A stretch of 64,000 bases of DNA from Neodothiora populina. Its lineage: Eukaryota. A model generated the notes under the pieces. It was given only the letters and a program-made list of their open reading frames with translations. It had not been told where the DNA came from and made no database searches. Below, in pieces: positions 1 to 12,831 of the stretch (position 1 is the stretch's first letter; every line of letters starts with the position of its first letter). The position numbers were made by a program, and so were the translations under genes. The stretch lies in NCBI RefSeq assembly GCF_041146345.1, contig NW_027191410.1:434001-498000 (forward strand), given 5' to 3'.

Positions 1-1393
1 GGTTTCTTGAGAACGGAAATCGGCGAATATGGGTTTGAGCAGAGATGCGATGTAGTCGGCTTGGATAATGCATCCGGCACTCCAGATCTGGAGGATTTGA
101 TCGAAGTTAATGTTCCAGTGGTGTTCTCGATTTGCTTGATCGATGATGTTGATGCCCTGCACGTAAGCCGCTAAGCAAGCTGTGTATGTGGCCCGTCGCA
201 AATCCTCCAGGAAAGCGGATCGGTCCTTTACCTCGAGTTTCTGAGCCGGGAAATCAGCTCCGAAGGTCTTCTGGGCGCGCTCACGTTGCCAGCGGTAAGC
301 AGAGGCTAAACGCAGGTAATGTGCTGATGTCAAAGTTGGGGCGGGTACATGTGCTTTAACTGCTTGCTCGTTCGACCAGATGCCCGTCCCTTCTTCGCCT
401 GAGATATCTTGGACTACCTTGTCTTCGACACTATCGAGGACGCGGGCACCAGATGAGTCTTTCGTGCGGCAGATATCTGCACCGATCCAAACGAGAAAGG
501 TCCCTTGCTGCTCAGGGGTGATCATCAGTAATGCTCAATACTCTCAAAGAACGGATAATGTGGGCTGCGTACAAATTCACCCTCTTTGTTCCACTTCTCG
601 AAAACATCGCCGATTTCGTCCTCGTCCATGCCTAGTCCATTAGTCATGATGCCCCAGGCCTCTGATATGGCACTCATCATGCCGTGCTCGATGCCGTTGT
701 GTACCATTTTCACATAGTGGCCTGCACCACCAGATCCGGCTTTCCCAACACAAGCATTGCCATGCTTATCCTTGGCTGCCATCTTCTGGAGAAAGGGAAA
801 GACGAGGTCAAGTGTCTCATCGTCAGCACCAGGGCACATGGAAGGGCCACTATAGAAGCATAGTCAATATTAGTCAATCACACCATCCTCTCAAGGTTCT
901 GTCGTACCGTCTTGCAGCCTGGTATCCACCACTCACTCCACACCCTACATAACGAACACCACGAACGACACATTTGCCCTGTCTCCTCTCTGTATTCTCC
1001 CAGTGCTCATTACCACAATCAATGATGATATCGCCCTTATCGAGATAAGGCAGCAGGCCAGCAAGGACAGTATCTCCAACACTACCATGAGGCAGACTGA
1101 ACATGAAAACCTTTGGCGAGTCAAGGGATTCGCATAACGACTTGTAATCGGTATATTTGTGCATCTTCTTCGCCACATTGTCCTTTTCGGCTTGCTCTAT
1201 TATGGTATCCATTGCCTTCTCCGATGGATCCTGCAGTGAGACTTCGCAGCCTTTCTCGGCAGCGAGCAAGGCCATGCCGCCGCCCATGCTGCCGCAGCCT
1301 ATCATTGCGATCTGTGGTCTCGTAGTCAGCAGATATGATGTCTGTACTACTGTAGCTCTCGCTAACCTTTTTGATGTCAATAGGTGGCGCCAT
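1..1393 (-). CDS. 6-phosphogluconate dehydrogenase, decarboxylating (3' end runs off the window start)
   Basis: ATG 1393 (MAPPIDIKK). GT-AG introns at 1312-1366, 850-907 and 508-572. Rossmann motif IAMIGCGSMG, plus IIDCGNE, GCGVSGG, GPS(M)CPG, GAGHYVKMVHNGIE and GTGIWS. The reading frame stays open to position 1. Confidence 0.93.
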
Positions 1394-2602
1394 AATGGAA
1401 AGGCGATACGCTCAAGTATATCACTTTCACACTTCTTGATGAGAATATGGTACAAAAGTCGGAAAAAGTAACTGAACCTGTCCACTCTCAAACTGCTGTG
1501 TTTATAGTAGGTACAGCTTCCTCAAACAAAAACAAGATTTATTGTATCCGGAACTGTTGACTTGATCGTGATACACGAATTAATACGTCGAAGGTGATGG
1601 CGATGTGATGTGACGTATCTGGGGTTACAAACGTCAGATCGACGCACAAGAAAGCTTCTTTCAAGGATGGCTCCACGGTCCCACCACGGCAGGCCTGCAA
1701 TAGTGATCAAGCTTTCGATGGAGAGCTTCATCTGTTTAGCTGACGACTTCACGATAAGAGAGATACGGTAAGGTAACATCTCTATTTTCTCACGCCGATT
1801 TAGACTTCAGATATCCACTTCCAAGCGCTTAAACACCATCAAGTAGCCATTTGCTGCGTCCGTAGGATTAGACAGGGTCCCCCTCTTGTGCGCGGCGTGG
1901 CGTACTACTATACCGCGCGTGGGTCCAGCCTTGATCGTATCAAAATCTAATCACATTGTTTCCCGTCCTTTACGCAGCGTAGATATTATTCCGAATCACA
2001 CAGAGCACTGATATTGCACACATGCAGGGTCAACGCACTCTGCTTAAGCGGAAAAGGGTACATCGTCTATAGCGATGAAGCAATTGAAACGACGCTTGGT
2101 GACTATGTAAGCTGATCACTTACTCCGGTGTTCCTTGTTCGTTGAAATGCTTGATGCATAATCTACCGAAGCACTTGCTAATCATTGAGCATAATAACAC
2201 GCCTGTTCGTGTCTGTATGAGGGCAAGACAGGAGCTGCTGTAATCTCTGCTAGTCCAAGTCTTATCATCGTGGTCAACTCAGACAGCAAGCAAGGTATGA
2301 AATTATTGTGCTGGCATGCTTGTTGGTGTAGTTGGTCTGTTGCACATACTCCATACCTTACCTTACCTTGTGAATGGTCCTGACGAAGCCACCCTCGTCA
2401 CATCTTCACCCCGACCACATGGGACGTAGCCGATGGCTGCGGGGTACGAGTGTAGTGCGGGGAATATAGGTACGGCAGGAAGTGCGAAGGATACGAACAG
2501 CGAATCAAATAACAATAATGGTAAGTACTATGGGAAATACTACTACTCTTCATTTTCGAATATACCACATTCTGAGAGTATCATTGAATCAGTATTCAAG
2601 TC

Positions 2603-4513
2603 ATGGAACCTGCAAATCTTCAACAACAGCATGAGCCCGAGGAGCCTCGCTATCTCCAATTCCCGCATCATGATACAATGGAGGATGGCTCTCCCAGGCT
2701 GAACAGATAATCGCACGTCCTTACCCGCGGTCATGACTTCCCAGGTGCACAGGCGATGCTGTACGCGGCCGGGGTACCAGATAAGAAGACTATGAAGACT
2801 GCACCCCAAGTGGGTATATCGAGTGTGTGGTGGGAAGGAAATCCTTGCAAGTTAGAACTGTCATCCAACGAAGTGGTTCAAACGCCTGCTGACCGTCGAT
2901 AGTACCCATTGTATGATAAACTGAGAAGGTCTGATGGCAATTGACTAATCAAAGTTCTAGTGAACGACTTAGGAAAGGTTGTCAAAGACGCAGTACAGAA
3001 GCAAGGCATGCTTGGGTGGCAATACAATACCATTGGTGTTTCCGATGGCATCACCATGGGCGGGGAGGGAATGCGATTCTCTCTGCAGACACGGGAGATC
3101 ATCGCAGATAGCATCGAAACAGTGACCTGTGCTCAGCATCATGATGCAAACATCGCAATTCCGGGCTGCGACAAGAACATGCCCGGATGTGTGATGGCGA
3201 TGGCTCGACACAATCGCCCTTCGGTTGTGATATATGGCGGAACCATTAACCCGGGTTATTCACCATTACTCAAGAAACCGATCAACATCACGACTTGTTA
3301 TGAAGCACATGGAGCGTACAACTTTGACACGCTGAAGAACCCAGATGATTTAAGTCAAACCAAGGATGACATCTTGTCAGATATCGAGAAGAATGCATGC
3401 CCAGGCGCTGGGGCGTGTGGTGGTATGTTCACTGCCAATACGATGGCAACAGCAATTGAGACGCTCGGATTGAGTCTTCCTGGATCAGCAAGTACACCTG
3501 CAACGTCTCCGGCCAAAATGCGCGAGTGTATGAAGGCAGCGGACGCTATAAAGATCTGCATGGCTAAAAATATTCGGCCTCTGCATTTATTGACCGGCGC
3601 ATCTTTCGAGAATGCTCTAGTCATGATGATGGCTCTTGGTGGCTCTACAAATGGTGTGCTGCATCTTCTGGCCATGGCCGGTACTGCGGGTGTTAAGCTT
3701 ACTCTAGATGATTTCCAAAGGGTGTCTGACAAGGTCCCGTTTATTGCTGATCTTGCTCCATCAGGCAGATACCTGATGGCTGATCTATACGAAGTGGGCG
3801 GGATCCCCGCCGTGTTGAAGCTACTTATAGCATCTGGCATTCTCAATGGCGATACTCCAACTGTCACTGGTAAGACATTGGCCGAGAACGTCGCGTCCTT
3901 CCCATCTCTATCTGCTGGTCAGAAGATCATTCGCAGTCTCGATCAGCCAATAAAGTCAACCGGCCATATCGAAGTCTTGCGTGGCAACCTTGCTCCTGAA
4001 GGTGCTGTGGCGAAAATCACAGGCAAGGAAGGTCTGAACTTTACTGGCAAAGCCCAAGTTTTCAACAAGGAGCACGAGCTCGATGCAGCCTTAAACAAAG
4101 GACAAATATCTCGCGCAGAGAACCTAGTTCTTATCGTGAGGTACGAAGGGCCAGTTGGAGGTCCTGGCATGCCGGAACAATTAAAGTCAAGCGCTGCCTT
4201 GATGGGTGCCAAATTGACCAATGTTGCCTTAGTCACAGATGGACGATACAGTGGTGCTAGCCACGGATTTATCGTTGGACATGTGACACCAGAAGCTGCT
4301 GTTGGGGGGCCGATCGCACTTGTAAAGGATGGTGACATGGTGACGATTGATGCCCAAACGAAAACGATCACTATGGACGTGCCTGAGGATGAGATTAACA
4401 GGCGGAGAACGGCATGGAAAAGGCCAGCAATGACGGTGACCCGGGGCGTCCTGGCGAAGTACGCTAAATTGGTAGGCGATGCAAGCCATGGTGCAATGAC
4501 TGATTTGTTCTGA
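2603..4513 (+). CDS. Dihydroxy-acid dehydratase (IlvD/Edd family) paralog without an obvious mitochondrial presequence; in-frame TAA at codon 36, so possibly a pseudogene allele
   Basis: Exons 2603-2850, 2903-2910 (8-nt micro-exon) and 2961-4513 give ...GHDFPGAQAMLYAAG...WWEGNPC-NTHL-NDLG..., PGCDKNMPG, GACGGMFTANTM, GGSTN and TDGRYSGASHG. TAA at 2708-2710 interrupts exon 1. The next in-frame ATG is at 2756. Confidence 0.9.
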
Positions 4514-6201
4514 AATGTAAGTATTGGATAAGGTCAAATAGCAGACCTCAAAAGGGGCAGTACTCTCAAGTCAATTGACTCAGCCAAGATGTGGCAGGAC
4601 AAAAAATGCCAACCGCTCTCATTCTTACCCAGATCAGCTCAAGCGTCCAGAGACAACACCGTGTCCATGACTCGACACCTGATCGTCGTATCATCACTAT
4701 GGAATGGTTCATGAATTGGTAACGAGATCTTGACAATTAGTCTGATCTGGCCGATAAGCAGTTTGTTCCTATGAAACTATCGATTTATGCTGCCCGGTGC
4801 CGTGCTGTGGAAGGCGCAGACATTGCGTCGATTGAAAGGCAAGAAATGGAACCGCCTTCGAGTCTTCGCCTGTAGATCTACTACCCGAGGCGCAGCTTGC
4901 TCAAACAACTTTACACCAGTCCCAATCGTTGCATGGGCTGAGTACATGAGTATTCAGATCGCTCTTCGAACTTATGGGAAACCTCTCGTGGGTGAGCGAA
5001 AGTAGTGAATAGGTACAATGACGGGCAAGTCGGACCGTATCCCTCACATCAACCCCAGATTTGCGCTGCATGTCTAGCAATGACACTTGTACAGATTGTG
5101 AAGCTGAAGATCGCCATGCCACATTTGCTCTATTCCACGCGCTGGTCATGTATGCGTAGATGAGAGTAGAACTTTGGTCATGTTTGTGCGACCTGTCCTG
5201 AAACAACGCTAAGTCGTTCCAAAACAAGGACTTTAGCAGGATATGCAGGCTGATCAAACGTGAGCCATTCGCAGAATATGAGCCAAATTAGGCCTCATTG
5301 TTCCAAATATAGGCACTGCATACTAACGGATCAGATTGACGCTTATTTTTACAACCTCTCTCGAGCCTTCTTCTATCCTTCCATTGTAGCCAGTAGATCT
5401 AGCGCCGGACCCCACAGTCCTGGGGCTTTCTTACTACACCCACTGCACAATGATCAACCAGGGGGCTACCGTCTGCTATGTCATTTTCGTGTACTGTCAG
5501 GTGGGGTGCGGGGCCTCAAGGTGAGCAATCTCGATTCGCAAGATTATGTTCGTGGATGAAATCGCCCATTACACAGGCACCCAGAGGATTTGTAAATTAG
5601 GTCGTTCAGTCACACGTCAGCCTATTGTCTCGAGTTTGACCCGACTTGGTCCAGAAAACATCGATTGATCGCGCTATCCGAAAGTAGGCTTCTTTCTCGG
5701 GTCTTCAGAGACCGCCCCTTGATCCTCCATCAGAAACATGCCGGACCTCAGAGCGCGTTAATGCAGCCGCGGTCGATATGATCTCCATGGGCGCTTGATG
5801 CCATAAATCTAGAAGGCAGCGCTAATATCGAATGCACTGTGCAGCAGAGCCTCGAAAGCCACACTGGTGAATTCTCCGGATGTCTTTCCACCTGATATTT
5901 TCGCTGGCACTGGTCATGTAGTTTATTGATCCTTCTCATGCGGATGCAGCTTTCCAAGTAGTCTATCTTTGTCCTGGGGATACTGTACGTCTCCCATTAG
6001 ACTGAGCCGAGCCACGCTGTGTACCCGTCCTCTAATACCTACGGTGAATAGAATAGTACAAAAGACGGGGACATGCCTTCGAGAAAATATAGGCTCGTTA
6101 CCAGCCCCCCTAGAAACAAATTCTTCATACAATATATATATTTCCTTGCCTTTCAAGTAGTGTGCCTTACGCCTAGCAGTCCCTCTTTATGGATAACCGC
6201 A

Positions 6202-7486
6202 ATGTCGAATACGCCGGCATACTCTACTGATGCGACGCAGTCCAACTGTGTGGCATCTAGCTCAACAGATGGCGCGCCACTCTACCAGACACCGATGTAC
6301 TTCCCTACACAAGTATGTTGAGATATCTCGATTGGCTTGAGCTGTGATCACCATGCATGGCGCTAACCGTTAAAGTCTTACTATCCCATGCACCCCTTCT
6401 CATTCTCTTCTTACGAGTATGACCCGAGTATGACTCAATGCTCTACCATATGGGGACCACAAGAACCTCCAGCCAATGCTACCACTAGTGCGGCGTCCGA
6501 TGACCGAATATTGTACGCTTTGCCACCAGGCATGGCGACATCAACAAACAGCCTCCCATATGGGCTCGGCATATCATGCCCACGAAGCAGCTCCTGTAGT
6601 CCTCCGAACATGCTAGATCTCCAGCCTGCGATGCCCATACAGCACGATAGAAGGTTGCTGCCTTTGCAAAGTGAAGATACACATATGTGGCCACATCTGG
6701 TGAACGGATCGTACTCACCAAGATCTCATCAGTCCCAGATGTCACAAACACGAGATCAAGCCGGAGCGGGATCTAGACGTCGCAGAGATGAAGCTGATGC
6801 ATCAGAAGCTTCTTCTCCTAGTAAGCGTCGTAAGCGAAACTCATCGGATCCGAAGTTGATGGACGAGAGTGCAAAGTTACTCTTCAGACTTCGGGACACA
6901 GAGATGTCATGGGCTGAGGTAACGGACATATGGTCAAGGCGGACCGGCGTGCCAACCACGCGTGATGCTTTACAGATGCGATTCAAGCGTCTACGTATCC
7001 GGTGGGGTGCTTCTTTCAATCCGCCGGATGAAGAAGCCTTGCGGAAGGCGCGCGAGTGGTACAAGGACAATGAATGGCTCTTCATAAGCAACAAGGTATG
7101 TGACCTCATCCTGCTCCGTGTACCTGAATCTGGCTCTTTTGGGCAAACCGTTGACCTTCGGTATATTCCAACAGTTGTCAGAGCTTAGCGATATCAGAGA
7201 TTGCCCTCCTCTAGTATGTCGAGAGAAGTGGCAAGAGCTCGAATTTCGCGACCAACAAGGGACCTCTACCAAATCTTCTCCAACTCCTCAACAGCCCACG
7301 ACAACGCCTAGCTCAACGCCACAGCATATACCCTCCTCTCCGCTTCCAACAGGGCTGCGGACTCTACAGGACCCCTCCCGATTACTGCAAGCTTTTGTTA
7401 CGACAGCGCCGTTCTATCCCACTCCGTCTATCGCCCCATACTCGGAAGGCTTTTACTCCTTCACAGGACCTCCACTCATCGAGTAG
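6202..7486 (+). CDS. Hypothetical protein with a Myb/SANT-like helix-turn-helix region (putative DNA-binding protein)
   Basis: Exons 6202-6312, 6376-7095 and 7175-7486 join in frame through GTATGT..AG introns. A basic stretch (KRRKR) precedes LLFRLRD.EMSWAEVTD...ALQMRFKRLR...EEALRKA...W.FISNK...CREKWQEL, with Myb-like Trp spacing. Confidence 0.6.
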
Positions 7487-9931
7487 GGTGAGATTCTATG
7501 AAGGCTCTCGGCAGTCACGTCAATGACACAAGACAAAACAGGCCCCTTGTTTCTAGCTATTTCACTCCCCAACTTATGAGGACAGTGAATGACCCGTGGC
7601 TTTTGCTGGCTCGAGTTGCAGTCTGTCAGACGTTTGACATATTCTTTCCCTGATTATTTTCACTTCTTTTTGTAGCTCCAGGACTTCCTGTGGTGTCTAT
7701 ACGTTTCTCCCCACTTTTCAAATGCATTATCACATCTGCATGTTGATGTAAGAGGAGTTTGACTTATTCGTTCGGTCTTCTGCTTCATTGCTCTATATCA
7801 TTACGATGCCCAACGTCACTCGCTTTGGTTGTGTCCTTTCTATTTCTTAGACTACTGCATATCGATTTCATTTTCTGTCTGAACTTCTCAAATCTTTCAT
7901 TTCCTGCATTTCCACTTTCTCAATCACAAATCCTTCTTCATTGTTCTATTAGTCCATCGTAAGCAGAGCCGAGGTGCCCGATTTGGATATGTCAGGGAGC
8001 TCGGTGTGTGCGGGTACCTACAGAAATTGTGCTTCTGCCAGGCGCTGTACAGAGCCAACCAATTTACCTAAATTAGGCTTGACAACCAAAGCCGAGCAAC
8101 ACTCGAATCACACTCGAACCAATCCATACTCGCTTGGTATTGGATTTTTGGAGCTAAGTATCATGTTTCGTATGTGCCATCACGAAGCGTATGTTCCGGG
8201 TCTTCGAAAAAGTGCTCATAGGATCGTACTCCTTACTGACACTATCCCTTTACACATCTTGTGCAGCACCAGCCAAAACAGCAAAGCAACACAAATTTAG
8301 GACAGGTCCAAGCGATCACAAGTCTTGTTTAGTCCTGCCACTTCCTGGCTTTTTTGCTGCCTTTTATTTCCCCCTGATGTCAGTATCGTCCGTTGTCTAA
8401 AGAGTCCTTTTCGGATACAGCCGATCTGGACAATTAGCGGCTCGTAGATCCCAAAGACGTGGCTGACAAGAATGAAGAATCGTCGGATGTAGAGAATGTG
8501 TGTGGTGTGTTGCGCGCGACATCCTTCATATACATCATCTGATCGAAGATGACAATCTTGCATCGAGTTCTTTCTCTGTACATCTGTTTCTATGCGTACT
8601 TGGACCGTGTATATGCCTATATCGATGGCGAACTTGATCACCGGAATGTCTTATATTACTCACTATGATGATGGGACTACAGGTAGATCATTAATTAGTC
8701 CACGGGCACGTCACACAAGTTCGAGACAATATTCATATGCAATATATACCCCATCATACTATACACTACGAACAGTCAGGGGTCGTTGTTCCAATCGCAT
8801 CTCCAGGATAGTTAATTCTCGGTTGTTGTTCCAGGTTCCATCTATCGGCTCCTGTGGGTGCCGTGTTATCGTGCACGCCTTCATACATCAGGGTACATGC
8901 AAGAGCAAGATGACAAGCAGTGCGTTCGATTGATCTGTGCCAAGTGTCAATTCATCAAGAGATGATGTTCTCATGTCGGCCACGTCTTTGAGACAAGATA
9001 TTGACAGCGAAAACGTCTCGCTGCGGTTATTATCTTTCCATATGGACCTTTCCGGGACCCTGCAGACCAGACACTCATCACACGACACACTAATAAATGT
9101 CGCTAGAGGTCCAACGCACTTGGCACAAGTGCTGATCAAGCTACGTGATATACTACCGAATAACACTGCCACCCCACTAGCACTTTGCGATAGTCTGTGA
9201 GTTGTGATCTATGCTTACTGGTTCTGATCACGCCGTTCTGCTGATTTTCACAGATATTAACCCCCACAATGATGCGGTACGCTCTCAATGTTCGGAAGGT
9301 GATCATGTCAGCATCTCGATTCGCAAACGCGATCCGTTATGGAAAAAACAACAATCACAACAGATATCGGACCTTCCAAACCGCAATCTGTCTTGCAGTG
9401 GCCCCAAGATAAGGGTTCAAGGGTTGTTGTTTGTCAAGTTTCTGTCATTCCCTGGAAACGGGCAGCAAAAGCCCAAGCTCACCGCAAACGAAATAAGCAG
9501 GGACATAAGGCAAGTACAGAGTTTTCAATGCCTCATCTCCGAAGAGTCATGATCCGGTGGTATAATCAGCCATTCGCAGTGAGAGAAGTGGCGGAGATCA
9601 AGCTAGGCAGCGTAAGATCCATATGTTTTTCGAGGGTTCAAGCTTTTGAAATTGAGGGTCGGGCCAAGCACAGACCCTTTGTTGACGTCGTTCTATTTGG
9701 AAGTGTAAATATCTAATATCAAATGAAGCCAGGGAGTGTCATGGCGGTGAATAAAAGGCATGTGCACAGTACGAGGCCGCCGTCTCAGTCTAGCACTATG
9801 GCCATCCTGCAAGAGGAAGGCCTAGGACCATATAGATATCTGATGGATTCCCTCGACTGATAAGACTTAAGAAAAGGTTTGTTTCCTTTGTACAACACAG
9901 ACTAAGTATTACAATATTTTACTCATCAAAT

Positions 9932-12268
9932 ATGGACACTGGTTTGGAAGACGTTTGGTACAATTGGCTTGGGTCTTCTTACCAATCAATACGATTTCTC
10001 AAGAACACACCAAAGAAAGAAAGCTCCGAAACAAAGGGCAAAAAGCCGATATCAAAAGTCGAGGAACACATTAGCAATCTCACCCAATCTCTCTCGGAAA
10101 CCCAAGTGGCGCTTGCTCAGGCAGGAGATGCAGAAAAGACAGCACGTGATCAACATGCTGGATGTGCAGAAGCATTAACGAAGCAGAAGAATGTAAATCA
10201 GCACTTGGAGCAGGAGATGCGGAGGTTGTATGGAGAGTTGGAGGAAAGCCAACTAAAACGTGATGATCAAGCCGCGGTCCACGAACGCCTCAAGGAACGG
10301 ATTTCCGAACTTGTCGGGAAGATCAAGCAAGCAGAAAAAGATGCAGATGAGACTCGACATCAGATGGACCATGAGCGACTGATCCACCTACAAGAGCGCG
10401 AGGCTCTACGGGTGGTACACGCCGCGCACGAAGACTGTCTAGCTTCCCTTCGCGCTGCTCAGGAGACTTTGGTCGCATACCAGGAAGACCTTGCATTGAG
10501 GGACGGTATAATACAGAACCTCAAACGTCACAAGTCCCGGATATCTTCGAAACTCGGCTACTTTAGTTCCTCTCTACGTCGAACCGCCAAGGAGCTGGAG
10601 GATACGAAGAAGCGTCTAGCCCAAGTTTCGGACCAGCTCGGACAAGCTGAACAGATTATCCAGCAACACTTCACGATGCTGTCGTCGCTCGAAACCTACA
10701 AGCAACGATTAGCTGAGGAGCTCGGTCATCTACGTAGTAATTACGAGGACCGGACACAACAATTAGTACGAATGCGGGAGACACTACTGGAGAAGAACGA
10801 CACCATAGCCGAGCTCCGCGATCAGGTCGAAGAGCAAGCAACACAACTCAGAGACACCAAGTCACGGGCTCTCTCGACTCAGCAAGAGCTAGCTGACACA
10901 GTTGCTGGGCTTGCCACAGCCAAAGAAGCTACTACCTCGGCTGAGAGGGATATCCTAGACATCAGAGAACACTTTGCGAAGGTCTCCAATGAAAAAGACC
11001 ACACGATAGCAGAGATGGACTCTGAAAGGAAAGAACTGAGAATGGCTCTAGAGGCAGCATGGCACGAGAACGATGCTTTGAAATCTGACTTGGTCATCTG
11101 TCAGACTCAAGCCTCGACGAGTGAAGAACGACTGGCAGAGGAGATTGCAGCCCATAGTCGTACCTCCGCTGCCGCCGAAGCGCAGAGGTTGCGCTTGCAA
11201 CATAGCATCGACGATCTCAGGAGCAACCTGGAAAGGGCGAACGGGGATCTAAAGCAGACTCGGGAGACACTCTTCGCTCTAAACGAGAAATGCCACAGCC
11301 TCGCCCGAGCTCAAATGTCGCTCGCAAGTTACCAGAAGCGAACCAAGATCCTCCTAGACACCGAGCAAACCCACAAACGCCACGATTCCGGCACCTTTGT
11401 CGACGACTTCCCACCTCACGAACGTGAAGACACCATCTCCCGCATCTCTACAAGCGATGGCTCTTCCCACGATTTTCACAATGACGATGACGATGACGAT
11501 AACGATAATGTAAACAACGAAAATAACAACGAAAGCAACGAAGCAAACAACATGAAGAAATGCGATGTTAACGTAGCATTCATGCTCAAAGTAAAGGCGC
11601 GCCAGCAAGTAGTGCATCGCCTCCAACAATCCGCGCAAAGAAGTCCGATCGGCGTAGCACCCGAGGACGTTCACACGAGAGGGCCCGAGTCTATCTTCGA
11701 GCCCATAAATACAGAAGGTACACATGCTCCTGCCTCCAAGGCCCGCCATACACCTCCCCATCTCGATCTCCAACCTTTGTCTCTTCTGCAGCGACAACAG
11801 CCAGGACGAGGAAAAGTGCCCGGAAGTCTCTTTGTTGATTTCTCTCAACTACCCGATACACCTCCCATCACACCCGCCTCCACAATCGACGGTTTCTTTC
11901 CTCCCGCTTTCTCTACTACAACCAGCTCCTCTACCACCACTACATCTAGCACCCGTCCAATGTCTAATGCCACTACCGCCTCACACCCAAGTCTCTTTCC
12001 TCAACTCTCTTCTTCCTCTTCTGCTTCTGCTCAGCAACAACACCAACAACAATCGCAACATCCCAAGCGTGTCAGGTTCGCTGACGAGGGCTACCAGACA
12101 GACGAAGAAGTAGCAGCGGACTCTACTCTTACCACAACCTCTGAACATCAGATCTGGGACATCATCGGCAACCTCGACCGTGCGAGGCGTGGCTTCAAGA
12201 CGGTCAAGAGGAGGCAGAGGCAGAAGAATCTCCAACTCGCCTCGGGGGCTGCTACTGATGCTGTCTGA
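9932..12268 (+). CDS. Uncharacterised 778-aa long coiled-coil protein with a low-complexity C-terminal tail
   Basis: Single uninterrupted 2.3 kb ORF. About 430 aa of E/K/L/Q/R-rich heptad pattern, followed by D/N-, S/T- and Q-rich tracts. Confidence 0.75.
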   Translation: MDTGLEDVWYNWLGSSYQSIRFLKNTPKKESSETKGKKPISKVEEHISNLTQSLSETQVALAQAGDAEKTARDQHAGCAEALTKQKNVNQHLEQEMRRLYGELEESQLKRDDQAAVHERLKERISELVGKIKQAEKDADETRHQMDHERLIHLQEREALRVVHAAHEDCLASLRAAQETLVAYQEDLALRDGIIQNLKRHKSRISSKLGYFSSSLRRTAKELEDTKKRLAQVSDQLGQAEQIIQQHFTMLSSLETYKQRLAEELGHLRSNYEDRTQQLVRMRETLLEKNDTIAELRDQVEEQATQLRDTKSRALSTQQELADTVAGLATAKEATTSAERDILDIREHFAKVSNEKDHTIAEMDSERKELRMALEAAWHENDALKSDLVICQTQASTSEERLAEEIAAHSRTSAAAEAQRLRLQHSIDDLRSNLERANGDLKQTRETLFALNEKCHSLARAQMSLASYQKRTKILLDTEQTHKRHDSGTFVDDFPPHEREDTISRISTSDGSSHDFHNDDDDDDNDNVNNENNNESNEANNMKKCDVNVAFMLKVKARQQVVHRLQQSAQRSPIGVAPEDVHTRGPESIFEPINTEGTHAPASKARHTPPHLDLQPLSLLQRQQPGRGKVPGSLFVDFSQLPDTPPITPASTIDGFFPPAFSTTTSSSTTTTSSTRPMSNATTASHPSLFPQLSSSSSASAQQQHQQQSQHPKRVRFADEGYQTDEEVAADSTLTTTSEHQIWDIIGNLDRARRGFKTVKRRQRQKNLQLASGAATDAV

Positions 12269-12831
12269 GCTTGTTGCCTTACGACGAGGCGTGACATCGA
12301 AGAGGAGGACGGAAATGAAGAAGACTGTAGGAATTGATGAAGAGACGAGATAAGATCGACGAGACGGATGATATTTTTTGTTTATTTTCTCCTTTGTCAT
12401 CATCTCACGGAGGGACGGAGTCATGGGTAATGCCGAGCGGGCGATAATCCATTTTCGTCCTTCCAACCATACGCGTTTGTGGTTCTTTCCTTCCCTGTCT
12501 GTTCATATCTACTGTCTCACGGTGGGCGCTTTGGAGATGGGTTTCATTTTCCTTTTATTTTCATTCTCATGTGATGATGCCTGGAGATAGACGTCGACGA
12601 AATTGTAACTTTTGATGTTGACGAAATGGAAGACTATATGCGAAGAATCACCAATAGACTCTATGAGAGAAGAATGATTTGATTGATATACTCGATGTGA
12701 CCTTTATGGTGAAGCTAACCTTTCTCACGTGTTCCCTGTCCGTCGCTCTCGTCGAAGAGACAACATTCGTTCGTTTCTTAAGTTCGTCTAATGTATGATT
12801 GTCTTCAGTTCCAATTCCTTTTTCATAAGTC

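Noticed and set aside
2708..2710. Alternative genetic code (TAA reassigned to an amino acid)
   Set aside because: TAA is a normal terminator in APRT, RidA, cactin and the 44901-46160 gene, and neither tRNA here is a suppressor.
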